From IMG/VR virus record IMGVR_UViG_3300025840_000014: a DNA stretch of 64,000 bases. One strand, written 5' to 3'. Position 1 is the stretch's first letter. Every line of letters starts with the position of its first letter. Shown here in pieces: positions 27,339 through 37,934 of this stretch. The notes below the pieces were generated by a model that was not told where the DNA came from, did not search any database, and saw nothing but the letters and a program-made list of their open reading frames with translations. Both the position numbers and the translations under genes were made by a program. The DNA is from an uncultured virus (IMG/VR IMGVR_UViG_3300025840_000014). Taxonomy: Duplodnaviria; Heunggongvirae; Uroviricota; Caudoviricetes.

Positions 27339-28673
27339 TCAGGGAGCAACCGGGCCGCCGTTGGTGAAGTCAATCTTCACGAAGGCCTCCGGACGCTTGA
27401 CCGCGAGGGCCAGACGCTGCTCAGCGAGCACGACGATCGCGTTGCGAACGAAGAAGTCCGAGTGCTGCTCGGAGATCCGGATGTTCGCCTGCTCACGGTC
27501 GTACAACTGGGCGCCGGTACCGAACGCACCGACGAGAGCGGTGCCCTCGCTGATGGCCGGGGTCTCGACGACCGGCATGCGCCACACGCGAGGCTCGCCA
27601 CCAAGGGCGACCGACACGGCGACGAGGTACTGGCCGTTGCTGTCCTTCGTCAACTCGATGTCCTCCCAGTCGTTCGGGTGAAGAACGACACCGGTCGGCT
27701 CGTAGTAGGCGAGGAACGCGAGGGTAGCGGCGCGACGAATCGCGTCAGCCTTGGTGTCCGGAACCGGGGTCAGAGCGCCGTCGCTCCAGTCATAGGTCTG
27801 GATGCCCGTGGTCTGAAGGACGCCGGTCAGGTTCTCACCAGTGCCGTCACCGTCGAGGATCTGAGCGTCCTCCTGAAGACGGAGGCCGTACATCAACTCG
27901 TTGTCGATGATCGAACGCAACTGCGGCTCGTCGGCGAGCACGTTGCGGTGAGCAGCCTCCCAGTGCGCGATGGTCCGAACGGGGGCCTGCACGCCCTCGA
28001 AGGTCATCGTCGACTGCGGCTTGGCGCCGAAGACGGGGTTGCCACCCTCAGTGCCACGCTCCGCGACGGTCGCCGCGTTGTTGGTGAAGCCGGTCATGCG
28101 GAAGTACTCGATGATCGCAGCCGAGGTGGTGCGAACCGGGAACAGGTCACGGACGCGCTTGGTGCGCTGCGGCGGGATCACGATCGGATCGCGCTGGATC
28201 GAACCAAACTGACCCGGGGTGCCGGAAGGCATGGCCGAGTAGATGTCCTTGACGTTGTAACCGTTAGCGGTGGTGAGAGCACCCTTGTACTGGAACGGCG
28301 AGTGCATGTTCGCACCGTTCTTGCCGCCCTGAAGGCTCTTGAACTCTTCCGACTCAAGGAAGGCCTCGCCCACGGTGCCGAACTTGTGAGCGACCTCTTC
28401 GCGAACCGACTCGAAAGCGGCAGCCTTGGCGGCAACGCTCTCGTCGGCCTGCGAGGAACCCCACTGGTCGACCTCGTTGAGGCTCTCAAGGCCAGCGATG
28501 AGGCTCTTGATTTCCTTGATGTCCTTCATGTTCTGGTCGAAAGCGGACTTCTGCGCGGCGTCAACGACGACCACGCCTTCCTCGACCTTGAACGAATCGG
28601 CGATCGCCTTGTTTTCGGCGGTCTTCTCTTGGAGCGCGGACTGCAACTCCTTGATGCGGCTGGTATCTGCCAT
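27339..28673 (-). CDS. major capsid protein (HK97 fold)
   Basis: Coiled-coil delta domain, VRTIAHW, LADEPQL...L.YGL, QILDGDGTGENLTG, DFFVRNAIVVLAEQRLALAVKRPEAF. Confidence 0.95.
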   Translation of the reverse strand: MADTSRIKELQSALQEKTAENKAIADSFKVEEGVVVVDAAQKSAFDQNMKDIKEIKSLIAGLESLNEVDQWGSSQADESVAAKAAAFESVREEVAHKFGTVGEAFLESEEFKSLQGGKNGANMHSPFQYKGALTTANGYNVKDIYSAMPSGTPGQFGSIQRDPIVIPPQRTKRVRDLFPVRTTSAAIIEYFRMTGFTNNAATVAERGTEGGNPVFGAKPQSTMTFEGVQAPVRTIAHWEAAHRNVLADEPQLRSIIDNELMYGLRLQEDAQILDGDGTGENLTGVLQTTGIQTYDWSDGALTPVPDTKADAIRRAATLAFLAYYEPTGVVLHPNDWEDIELTKDSNGQYLVAVSVALGGEPRVWRMPVVETPAISEGTALVGAFGTGAQLYDREQANIRISEQHSDFFVRNAIVVLAEQRLALAVKRPEAFVKIDFTNGGPVAP

Positions 28674-28806
28674 GTTGATCTTCTCCCTGTGATGAAGATT
28701 TTTAAAGATGGATGGTTTTACAGCGCTAGGTAAGCACCCGCCCTATCACATCTAATTTACAACATGTCAGTGTTATGTATGGGAACAACCGTACTTTTTT
28801 GGGTAT

Positions 28807-30426
28807 TTAATTTTCGGGTGTTCTGGACTGAGATTGCCAATATCCCAGCACTTGTTGGGCCCCACGGGCTCCAAAGAAGGCAGAAAATGCCTCATCGTCA
28901 TTGATTTCGAACTCGCCATCAGGGGTGCGTTTTGCAATCAGTGAGGGTGGTTGAACGTTGTTGTTCCACAAGTAAAATTCGTCATATAGCCCGCTGGTGA
29001 TCTGGCGCGGAACGATTGCACGCATTTCTCCTGCGATTTGGCTACCGAAATGGCCGGGAAGAACAGGTCCGCCTTGTTCCCTGTTTCTAGCGTTGCGTTC
29101 GGCAAGACGTTTGTCGGCAACGTCATCTGGGATGTACACAAAATGGCCAGCAGTGCTGTATCCGTTATTGCGTGCCCACTGCAAGTGCTCAGTACGCTTA
29201 CCGGTGCCAGTCACAACGATGTCAGTGCCTAAATCCCGTGCGGAATCCATGGTTTTGTCAGTTGCTTGACGTGATGCTTCATGCACCAAACTGGCGCCTC
29301 GACCGTTGTCGTAGCCCTCTAGACCTTTCTTGATCTCGTCGGGATCAATAACGGCAGCCGCATTCGAATCGGGAACGTTCAGCGTTCCGTCTTCCATCAA
29401 CGTGGTTTTTCCAGCACCTGTTGTTCCGCCGACAAAATGCACTTTTCGTGATCCGGGTGGCTTGTTGCGGTGCTGCGGTTCGACTTTGTCCAAGATTTTC
29501 TTTGCAGCGGTTCGTCCACCAGCACCGATACGCGAGTGCCGCATTCCGTCCTGAATTTCGGCGAAGCGAGCCCGGTTTTCTGGGGTGATCCCTGAAAGGA
29601 CAGACGCGGGTGCTTCACGCATGTAACCCGGATCGTCTTGAAGCACCGAGTTCCACAATTTCGTGTGCTTTTTCAGATCGAAAGCACTTGGAGCCTTTGG
29701 GGTCACAGGACGCTGGAAAGCGCTTCCGTCCTGAACCATGCCGTCGTTGTCACCATCAACAGCATTCGGATCGAAGCGTTGAGCCCGCCGACCCAACGAT
29801 TTGCCATTGAGTTCTTCGTGCAGGGAAACCTTGCGTTTGTAACGCTTGCGCGTCCTCAGGAACTCTTCTTCAACGAGACGGCGCGCTTCTTGACGAGCCA
29901 ACCTCGCCTGATAACGACGTCCCAGAGCAGTAGTCCCTGTCCGGCGTGCGTAGTCGGTGATGTTGCTGCACGGCGTCCAGACAGTTGTTCCGTTTCGTGA
30001 ACGACGCCGAGCGACACCAATGCATCCCAATTGGCGGGCGCGCCTGCGTGCGGATCTGATGTCGGTGAAAACATCTTCGTCGCCTTCGTGTGGGATGGCT
30101 GAAGCCGCTTTGCCTACGGATCCAGAAACAAGGCCTCCGCCGGGGATGGTGTCAATCGACGCAACTCCGCGTTCGCCAAGTTTTTCCCACGTCTTCTTGT
30201 TTTTCTTCTTTTTGCGACGGCCTTTGCGTTCACGGACGCTTTGGAAATCATGCATTCGGGAAAGAACCGATTTTTCTTCCCGTTCTTCCTCAGCCTCAAG
30301 GCGTTCGTATTCTTCGTGGGTTTCGCACGCCATCCAGCCGCCGTCGGGGTGCTTGTGCGCGCCAGAACAGCCAAGTTCTTGTGCTCTCCGCAAAGCGGAA
30401 GCCTTGTCCTTGGCCTCCCCTGACAT
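28807..30426 (-). CDS. head-module protein with two LGCxG repeats, DGDxDG tag and C-terminal zeta-toxin/AAA_33-like P-loop kinase
   Basis: RAQELGCSGAH...WMAC; RARQLGCIG...WTPC; RFDPNAVDGDNDG; GGTTGAGKTT, IDPDEIK, HEAS. Confidence 0.75.
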   Translation of the reverse strand: MSGEAKDKASALRRAQELGCSGAHKHPDGGWMACETHEEYERLEAEEEREEKSVLSRMHDFQSVRERKGRRKKKKNKKTWEKLGERGVASIDTIPGGGLVSGSVGKAASAIPHEGDEDVFTDIRSARRRARQLGCIGVARRRSRNGTTVWTPCSNITDYARRTGTTALGRRYQARLARQEARRLVEEEFLRTRKRYKRKVSLHEELNGKSLGRRAQRFDPNAVDGDNDGMVQDGSAFQRPVTPKAPSAFDLKKHTKLWNSVLQDDPGYMREAPASVLSGITPENRARFAEIQDGMRHSRIGAGGRTAAKKILDKVEPQHRNKPPGSRKVHFVGGTTGAGKTTLMEDGTLNVPDSNAAAVIDPDEIKKGLEGYDNGRGASLVHEASRQATDKTMDSARDLGTDIVVTGTGKRTEHLQWARNNGYSTAGHFVYIPDDVADKRLAERNARNREQGGPVLPGHFGSQIAGEMRAIVPRQITSGLYDEFYLWNNNVQPPSLIAKRTPDGEFEINDDEAFSAFFGARGAQQVLGYWQSQSRTPEN

Positions 30427-30427
30427 G

Positions 30428-30760
30428 TCAGTCCTTGTACTGGCTCAAAAACTGTGGTGCGATAACGACGAGATTGTCGTCTCCCATGGACATGTCGGCA
30501 AGTTCCGCTGCGGCCTGCTGCGCCTCGAAAGCACCTTCAACCGTTGTCCCATAACGCTTCTGGTACATCTCGGCATCTTCGATTTCCTCGGCGAACTCCT
30601 CACCGATTTTCTCGAAGTCTTCGACGCTCTCAGCCTCACGCACCTTCATAAGGAAATCTTTATGAACGTCCTCATCGAGTGAGAACGGAGGGTACGAGGC
30701 GACCAGAGACATCTTGTTGTGCATCTCTGCAAACGCTGTGGGGTCTTTTTCTTCAGCCAT
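30428..30760 (-). CDS. small acidic hypothetical protein (candidate immunity)
   Basis: Directly downstream of the 1733-aa ORF; TAGGAT 6 nt before the ATG. Confidence 0.65.
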   Translation of the reverse strand: MAEEKDPTAFAEMHNKMSLVASYPPFSLDEDVHKDFLMKVREAESVEDFEKIGEEFAEEIEDAEMYQKRYGTTVEGAFEAQQAAAELADMSMGDDNLVVIAPQFLSQYKD

Positions 30761-30774
30761 GCTTAAATCCTAAC

Positions 30775-33700
30775 TTATGGGAACTTAACCCCATCGCCCT
30801 CTTTGGCCTTGCTCAACATCTGGCTGGCTTCTCCGCCGCTGATTGCGCTAGCGGTATCAGCCACAGCAACCGTTCCACGGTTGTGTACGAGGGTTACGCC
30901 GTTGTGCTCGACATAGTCGTAGCCAAGGAATGCGGCGTAATAGCCAGAGTCGAGACGGGTGAGGTCTTGGAGGTACTCGAACGAATCCCATGCGTCGGAT
31001 CGGCCAGCATCATCCGGCTTCATTCCGGCATACATGTCTAGCCACTGGCTATAAATCTGACCCATTTCGCTTTCCAAAAGACCAGCGACTCCAAGACGCT
31101 CTTCCGCTTCTTTGATGCGGGTACGAATCTGAGTGACGGCGTTTGCGGGATCTTCGCCTTTCAGCGCGCCATCTCCCAATTCGGCCATCAGAGCAGACAG
31201 TTCCTTGCGGAGAGTGTTGTGCTTGTCTTTGATGCTTTCGATGTCTCGGCCGCTGATCTTTCGTCCGTTGGGGTCGACGAACCCGACCATGCCTTTGCCG
31301 TATCCACCCCAGTGTCCGCTTCCTTCAGGAGCCCAATATTCACCGGTGCCGTAGGCGCGTCGATGCGGGTCTGAAATGAAGCGAGAGTCGCGGTCTTCAC
31401 GGTAAGCATCGGAGTACTGGTTGGCTGTTCCGTCTGGCCCAACACCACGGTGAAGTGGCTTCCAGCCTGCATCGAGGAGTGCTTGCACCTCGTCTTCTGA
31501 AAGGATTTCGGGGAGTGCGTTCATGTTGCCGTTTTCCCACAGGTCACGAAGGAAATCGTCCTTCGTTTCGCTGTTCCGCTCACCACGATCGCGTTCGTCC
31601 TTGAGGCGCTTCAGGCTGGACATGTGCTTGAGGAATTCTGCGTCAACGACTGGACGGCCGAGTTTGTCGCGCTTCAACGGGTGTGCTGAACGCTTCGCTT
31701 CAAGAGCCTCGCGAATCGACTTCTCGTTCCTTTCACCACGCAGACGTCGACGCAAACGACGCATCTGACGGGCAAGCCGGCGACGCAAACGAATTGTTTC
31801 AGCGAGGTCCACATCGGTGGCTCGACGTCCACCACGTCCCTGACGGCGGGCACGACGGTTTGCTCTACGCTGCGCCCTGCTGGGGTCTGGGTCAAGGAGA
31901 CGGTCGAAAAGAGGACGGCGACGCTTGCCACGGCGACGGGCTGCTCGCTCAGACACGGTCTCGGCCGCACCCTGAGCAGAACCAAACGCCTCTTCGTTGA
32001 AGAACGTTGACTCGCCGGCACCGTCCAAAGCGGCAAGAGTTGGGATGCTCTTATCTTTGGATCGTGCCCGCTTCACGATTTCCTTGCGAGAAGGTTCGTG
32101 GAGGTGCTCGATGAAATCAAACTTGTTCGATTCACGCATGTTGTTGAGCGTCTTGATGTCGTTCAACTGTTTCTGGAAAGCCGCATGGGCCTCCTCGGTG
32201 ATGTCGCCATCACGAAGCGCGTCGTCAAGCCGCTGCTGCATGCGAGGAATCAAGTCTGTGTCGATAGGGACACGCTTTCTTTCATCGAGAGACATGCCTT
32301 CGTAGCGCCCATCGTCTTCCATCGTGTTGCGGATGGGGCGGAACAGGCCGTTTTGTGTCATCGCCCAAGCCAACTGGCCTTCGCGCTCCTTGATCGCTTC
32401 GATCATTTTTTCGCGTTGTTCCGGCGTCAACTGCTCCATGATCTTGCCGTCACGGTCATCAACTTTCTTGATGCCGTTACGACCGGAGCCGAAGCGGCGA
32501 CGGCCAGCACGCATGCCGCCTCCAAGTCCGGATGCGCCGGTGATTTCGTCCTGTGCGCCACGAATTCGTGAACGGCCACCGCGTGCACTTTGCATGCCGC
32601 CACCAGATGACACAACTGATGGCACGTTGCCAACCTTGCCGATGCCATCATTCTTGGCGTTCTTCTGCATGTCAGCCCAAGCGCCTTCGCCATAAACCTT
32701 TTCGACGCGCTTCTTGAGTTCACGAATGACTGACTGGTTGTTGCCCTGCTTCGGATGAAGCCCGAATTCGCGCGGAACAATCCCGCCACGCATAAGGCGC
32801 TCACCGAATTGCTGCTTCCATGAGTCAGGTTGGCGTTTCGCCCATTCATAGAAACGGTCAGGCGGAGCAAACCTGATGTTGCCATTTACCGGACCTTGCC
32901 AAACCCAGCCGTTCGCGGCCAGCATCTGCAAATCCTTACGGACATCCTTCATCGATTTCGGGATGTATGTTCCATAAGTTTTCGGGTTGCTTGAAGGCTG
33001 GCTAGGGGCGAGCGAGTTCGCAGTATCTCCGCCTCCACGGCTGGCCCGAAGACCGCCATTTCCGCTGATTTTCTGCACTCGTTCAATTGACGGTGCGTCT
33101 TCAAGGCCGCTGCTGTAAGTAATGCGGGTGCCGTTAGGCGTGTCCACGGTCAGCGTCTGAGTTCCTTCAAGAGACTCGCCCGGATCGTCGAAAGTATCTT
33201 CCGAATAAAACTCGTTGCGGTTGAATGTCCAGCGCGATCCCTCCATTGGCCCGTCAGGGAAAATGCCTTCTCTGACTTCGTCGCTTTCGCTGACGCGGGC
33301 GCCCCATGACGTGCGCTGTCCGGTTGGCCCTCCACGCGATTCGCCGGCGTCTTCGATCTCGCCCGGCCATTCAGCGGAGTCGTCATCGAACGGGAGATCG
33401 TCGATGTATTTCTCCATCTCGGCGTACTCTTCATCGCTGACGCCCAGTTCGCGTGCTGCACGGGAGCGCAGGTCACGCTCCATCTCGTTCCGTTTTTCCG
33501 CCATCTGTTCTGGGGTCATTCGGCGTGAAGCCAAACCACCGCCACCTTCGAATCGGGATGGTGTGTCATCGGGGGAAATTGTGTCAAGGTCGCGCCACTC
33601 CGACGTGCGGTTCATGTTGTCGTAGACGAGCGCGCGGTCTCCGTCGATTTCCTCAACGTTGTAGCGGGCTTCTGGTCCGAAGGATTCACCTGCCCGGACA

Positions 33701-35976
33701 CGCCTTCTACTACCCATGCCTCCGGTCGAGAGGCGGGTGCCACCATTGTCTTCGATTGAAGGGGAAACCCACACGCCATCGGGTGAGTCGATTGCGCGTC
33801 CTAGAAGGTCTAGAACGTCGCCCTCTTCTGGGGATGGGTTGCCTTGTTCGACTTCTGCGGTGTAAAGATCTTCGAGCATTTCGCGAAGTCGTTCCGCGTC
33901 AGCGCGGTCGAGACGAACAACGTCAACTCCGGCAGCAGCATCTTCGATTGCGTCGGAAAACTCTTGCCACAGTTCGTCGGCTTCAGAGTCGTTAGCCGCT
34001 GCGATGTCGTCACGGATGCTGTCGACAATGTCGGACAAGTAGCCGACTTCTTCCATCGTCAAGTCGATATCTACGAAATCGCCTTCGGGAACCGATCCAT
34101 CTTCGTTTTCTGATCGGCGTGAACGCATTCCACCCATCTTTGGCTGCAGCATAGAGTGCCGTCTAAGAGCGTCGTTGATCTGCTTTTCTAACTCTCTACG
34201 ATCCTTTGGCTTGATGTCTTTGTTGTCTCTGACACCGGTAAGGGCAGCCAAAAGGAAATCAAAAGCGTCGTCTGAGTTTGCGTCCGTGTTGCCGTCGAGG
34301 TAGTCGGCAGCAAACCTGATGTTGTCAAACAAGTCATCGCCAAGAGAGGCATAGCCGCCTTCGGCTTTATCAATACGAGAGAGCGTTGCCCGAATGTCGT
34401 CTCCAGTGGCACGCTGTGAACGCAGTCCATTACTCCCATTGAACTGCGAAAGACTGTCGGCTTCTGCGACTCGTTGAACTTCTTCCGCTGTGTCAAACTG
34501 CCGTTTGTCGCCATCACGGATGGAAATCCCTTCAGTGTCGTAATCAGAAAATCCCGTTTGCCGTCCAAAGAATTTTCCAGTCTCGGTGTTCCTGTAGATT
34601 TCTTCGAGGCGCCCAAACTCATCGCGACGCTTTGCGACCAACTCGCTCTGCGGATCATTTCGCAAATAGAAAGGCTTTCCATCGCCCGTCCAGTCAGTCC
34701 TTTGAGATTGACGCTGTGAACGCATTCCGCCTCTATCGCGTGCCGGTGGTTCTGGGATAACTCGGCCAGAACGTTCGCGAACAGCGCGACGTGATGGGCC
34801 ACCATCAGCACCCGGAGTGTTGATGATGCGGTTTTGGCGTGCGCGGCCAGACGGGCTGGTTTCTTGAACGAAACGCTCAAGGCGCAGACGAGCCACTCTC
34901 TCTGGATCCATGCGCGGATAATCTTCGTTTCCGGGTCGATTCCTTTTCGGTCCCAGTAACTCAGCGCCTCCGCCAATCCGTCCGGTTCGGCGGGTAGCGC
35001 GACGAGACTGCTGCCCCTGCGTCCCCGGAGCCGCTTGCAAGAATCGGGCGTCATTGCCCAGACGATCGTTGAGAGTCGCCTGATCAATACCGAGGTCTCG
35101 CTCGCCGGCACGGCGACGCTTCTCAATCTCCATCGAGTCACCTTCAAGGGCCCGCGACACGCGGCGCGCCATGCCCTGAGGGACGATGAACCGAGGGATG
35201 ATTGGGCGCTCCATGCCAGTGACACCCTCGAAAACGATTCCGTCTCGGTCGCCGTCAACACGACCAGTGATGTCGACAAATGCCATTCCTCGTGGGGCTG
35301 CACGCAGGCCACCGCCAAGTTTGGGCCCAAGTGCTTTCACGTGAAGATCAAATTGGTCGTCTAGTCGGTATCCGTCGTGATCGTCAAGGATGTCCTGCTT
35401 GGCGTGGAAAACATCTTTGGCTGCTCGACGCAGCGGACCATATCCCATGGCCATGTTGGCGAGGTCTTCACGGAGATACTGGTCGTTGTTGCGTGACTTG
35501 AAAACCAGTCCCTTGCGCTCGATACCCAATTTTGAGTTGCGGGCTTTTGCGAGCACGGAACCGCGAGCCATGTCTGAAATGAAAGCGCGCACCTTGTAGT
35601 CGACGGCTTTTTCCGCCGACTCGCCAAAGAACGCAATCGGCGCGTCCTTTACCGAAATCGGGTCGGTAGCAATGTCTGTGCGTTGAGAGTCGATCAAAGT
35701 GAGGACGTCACGGTTGGGGAGGCGGAGGTCCTGCTTGGTTAAAGCCATTTCATTAACGATGACTTCTTCCGCTTCTGTCATGCCACGGAAATCTCCGATG
35801 CGGACACCGTATGGCAGGTCGTCATCGAGCGACTTGGTGTGCATGTCGTTGAAGCCGTCTGCCCATGCTTCAGCGTCGGTTTTTACAGCGAGGCAGGTTT
35901 CTGAACCGTTTTCGCGGATTACGACACCGTATGTATCTCCGGTGATCGTGTCTTTTACCAGTGCGTACTGCTTCAC
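30775..35976 (-). CDS. 1733-aa modular polyprotein with C-terminal ART-like domain
   Basis: Long ORF with VDGDRDG tag, 8 GGMRS-like linkers and LHRG...AYGTGEYW. Confidence 0.8.
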   Translation of the reverse strand: MKQYALVKDTITGDTYGVVIRENGSETCLAVKTDAEAWADGFNDMHTKSLDDDLPYGVRIGDFRGMTEAEEVIVNEMALTKQDLRLPNRDVLTLIDSQRTDIATDPISVKDAPIAFFGESAEKAVDYKVRAFISDMARGSVLAKARNSKLGIERKGLVFKSRNNDQYLREDLANMAMGYGPLRRAAKDVFHAKQDILDDHDGYRLDDQFDLHVKALGPKLGGGLRAAPRGMAFVDITGRVDGDRDGIVFEGVTGMERPIIPRFIVPQGMARRVSRALEGDSMEIEKRRRAGERDLGIDQATLNDRLGNDARFLQAAPGTQGQQSRRATRRTGRIGGGAELLGPKRNRPGNEDYPRMDPERVARLRLERFVQETSPSGRARQNRIINTPGADGGPSRRAVRERSGRVIPEPPARDRGGMRSQRQSQRTDWTGDGKPFYLRNDPQSELVAKRRDEFGRLEEIYRNTETGKFFGRQTGFSDYDTEGISIRDGDKRQFDTAEEVQRVAEADSLSQFNGSNGLRSQRATGDDIRATLSRIDKAEGGYASLGDDLFDNIRFAADYLDGNTDANSDDAFDFLLAALTGVRDNKDIKPKDRRELEKQINDALRRHSMLQPKMGGMRSRRSENEDGSVPEGDFVDIDLTMEEVGYLSDIVDSIRDDIAAANDSEADELWQEFSDAIEDAAAGVDVVRLDRADAERLREMLEDLYTAEVEQGNPSPEEGDVLDLLGRAIDSPDGVWVSPSIEDNGGTRLSTGGMGSRRRVRAGESFGPEARYNVEEIDGDRALVYDNMNRTSEWRDLDTISPDDTPSRFEGGGGLASRRMTPEQMAEKRNEMERDLRSRAARELGVSDEEYAEMEKYIDDLPFDDDSAEWPGEIEDAGESRGGPTGQRTSWGARVSESDEVREGIFPDGPMEGSRWTFNRNEFYSEDTFDDPGESLEGTQTLTVDTPNGTRITYSSGLEDAPSIERVQKISGNGGLRASRGGGDTANSLAPSQPSSNPKTYGTYIPKSMKDVRKDLQMLAANGWVWQGPVNGNIRFAPPDRFYEWAKRQPDSWKQQFGERLMRGGIVPREFGLHPKQGNNQSVIRELKKRVEKVYGEGAWADMQKNAKNDGIGKVGNVPSVVSSGGGMQSARGGRSRIRGAQDEITGASGLGGGMRAGRRRFGSGRNGIKKVDDRDGKIMEQLTPEQREKMIEAIKEREGQLAWAMTQNGLFRPIRNTMEDDGRYEGMSLDERKRVPIDTDLIPRMQQRLDDALRDGDITEEAHAAFQKQLNDIKTLNNMRESNKFDFIEHLHEPSRKEIVKRARSKDKSIPTLAALDGAGESTFFNEEAFGSAQGAAETVSERAARRRGKRRRPLFDRLLDPDPSRAQRRANRRARRQGRGGRRATDVDLAETIRLRRRLARQMRRLRRRLRGERNEKSIREALEAKRSAHPLKRDKLGRPVVDAEFLKHMSSLKRLKDERDRGERNSETKDDFLRDLWENGNMNALPEILSEDEVQALLDAGWKPLHRGVGPDGTANQYSDAYREDRDSRFISDPHRRAYGTGEYWAPEGSGHWGGYGKGMVGFVDPNGRKISGRDIESIKDKHNTLRKELSALMAELGDGALKGEDPANAVTQIRTRIKEAEERLGVAGLLESEMGQIYSQWLDMYAGMKPDDAGRSDAWDSFEYLQDLTRLDSGYYAAFLGYDYVEHNGVTLVHNRGTVAVADTASAISGGEASQMLSKAKEGDGVKFP

Positions 35977-37934
35977 TTTTTACCTCCGAGGACTTCCATG
36001 AGTTGCTCTCGGCTCTGTCGAAGCACGTCAACGCGATTTTCGACGATCTTTTGGATGATGTTCAGATGGACTTTTTCGGCGCCGCTCAGTTCTCCGTCCC
36101 TGTAAAGACGATCTCTGAATTTTGTGAAGTTAAATTCGCGGGCTCGCTCAATCAGTTCAGCGATCTGTTGCTGCATGAGCCTTTGTTGATCTTCCTTCAA
36201 CTCTCTATAATACTTGCTGTAAAGGCCGTTCCCAGAGACCGAACGGAAGTCACGGATCCGTGCTTTTGTACGTTCCGTAACGCTTACTTCCGACAAATTA
36301 ATCAGTTCGCTCTTTGATATATCAGGAAATGCGAGCATTTCGTCGTCTTTCTTGAGCACCGCAATACTGTTGCTCTTGCGGTCGGTGATATCCGAAATGA
36401 TGTCAGAAACAAGCATCGACGCCATTTCGGTTGTCGGAATGTCGCTCAGTTTGACGTCTTTTTGCAGGGTTGCGCCCTCAATTACGCTATCAGCAACCTC
36501 GACCAAGTAATTCTTCTTGTCGCCCTTGCCGACTGGCGCGATGTCGGGGGAGTTAAGCCCAAGGTAGGACTGCATTTCCGCAGCAAAACTGGCTGAAATG
36601 TGGTCACCTTTGCCGTTTGACTTCTGCATGCGGTATGTGCCAGCACGATTTGTTTCGTACAAACCATTGTCACGCTTGAACATATTCGCCTTCGTCAATG
36701 CTTCCTGCAAAATTGACGGAGCGATCGCGGAAAGAGGCCCGCCGTCACGGATGATGCGCGCCGCCTGAGCGATATCAGTAACTTCCTCAGTTTCTTCCTT
36801 CGGCGCAGGCGCTTTCTTGGGGGCCTTACCGCCACTCGAAAGGATCTGATCAATAGTTTTGCCACCAGACAGGTTCTCTCGGTACTGAATCCCATCACCC
36901 GTCTCGTCGGACACGAACTTGAGACGCGCAGCCGAATCAGAGTCGTTAGACGTTTTGATGCCCTTGTTGACGGTTCGACCGAGTTTGCGGCGCTCACCAG
37001 TCGTCAAATTTCTAACTTTTTCGAGTTCCAGCGTCGAGCCGCCCGGCAGCACATAGGTGAGTTTGGTGATGCCGGTGTTTGACAAAAGCCCAAGTTCTTG
37101 GCCGCCAATGTCGTTCTTGCTACGCGCAGTCAAGAGATATGTTGCTTCGACCATGTCGCGGTTATCAGGAATAGTGCGCAACACCTGCGCTGAAACCACC
37201 GGCTCAAGAATAAATCCATCACGTCGAACAAGACGGGCAGCCTCCACACCCTTGGGGCTCATGCCCTTTACGATTTGCTCTTCACTCTTCGAGCGGGCCT
37301 GCTTATTGGTTTTCTGAGCAACGCGCGGAATCTGCGGAGCACGAGGGTTCACCACGCTTCGACCACTCGAACCACTACTGATAGCCCTAGGTTCAGTTGT
37401 TGAACCTTCTGGCGCGGGTGTCCTTGCTGCGGCACGACGGCGAATCTGTGAAATGGTTTCACCCAAATCGCTCGGCATGTCAAACAATTGCTGGCCGCAA
37501 GTGGTGAACTCGTTGTCAGTAAACCGACCACCGTACTGATATCCCTCTGGGCAACGTGCAGTTCGTCCACGACCGGGGATCCCACGGCCTCGACGTCCTC
37601 CCGGCGTCAACGCGCGGGCAATACCGGAACGGATTGGGCTTCGGGCTGGGGAAATATTTCCGGGGGCCGCGTAAGTGCCGATTGACTGAGCGACCTGCCC
37701 AAGTCGGCTTCTTGAACCAAAAAGACCGACACGCTTCTCTTCGAATTGGCGCAGACTACCAAGACGCCGCGCAAGCGCTTTGAACTCAACGACTTCTTCG
37801 GATTTTGCGCCCATGCCACGGATGTGGTCATGGTTTACCTTCGTTGACAGATCAGCGAGGATTGTCCTCTTGATCAGGATTGGCGGACAGGCTTCGCAAC
37901 CAAAATCGCGTTCGTAGACATATGACTCAACCAT
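35973..37934 (-). CDS. 653-aa head-module protein
   Basis: RCPEGYQYGGRFTD motif; C-terminus weakly HipA/PI3K-kinase-like (LGLNSP...ITDRKSNSI). Confidence 0.75.
   Translation of the reverse strand: MVESYVYERDFGCEACPPILIKRTILADLSTKVNHDHIRGMGAKSEEVVEFKALARRLGSLRQFEEKRVGLFGSRSRLGQVAQSIGTYAAPGNISPARSPIRSGIARALTPGGRRGRGIPGRGRTARCPEGYQYGGRFTDNEFTTCGQQLFDMPSDLGETISQIRRRAAARTPAPEGSTTEPRAISSGSSGRSVVNPRAPQIPRVAQKTNKQARSKSEEQIVKGMSPKGVEAARLVRRDGFILEPVVSAQVLRTIPDNRDMVEATYLLTARSKNDIGGQELGLLSNTGITKLTYVLPGGSTLELEKVRNLTTGERRKLGRTVNKGIKTSNDSDSAARLKFVSDETGDGIQYRENLSGGKTIDQILSSGGKAPKKAPAPKEETEEVTDIAQAARIIRDGGPLSAIAPSILQEALTKANMFKRDNGLYETNRAGTYRMQKSNGKGDHISASFAAEMQSYLGLNSPDIAPVGKGDKKNYLVEVADSVIEGATLQKDVKLSDIPTTEMASMLVSDIISDITDRKSNSIAVLKKDDEMLAFPDISKSELINLSEVSVTERTKARIRDFRSVSGNGLYSKYYRELKEDQQRLMQQQIAELIERAREFNFTKFRDRLYRDGELSGAEKVHLNIIQKIVENRVDVLRQSREQLMEVLGGKK

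Noticed and set aside
27150..28733. 527-aa + strand ORF
   Set aside because: Antisense shadow of the codon-biased capsid gene
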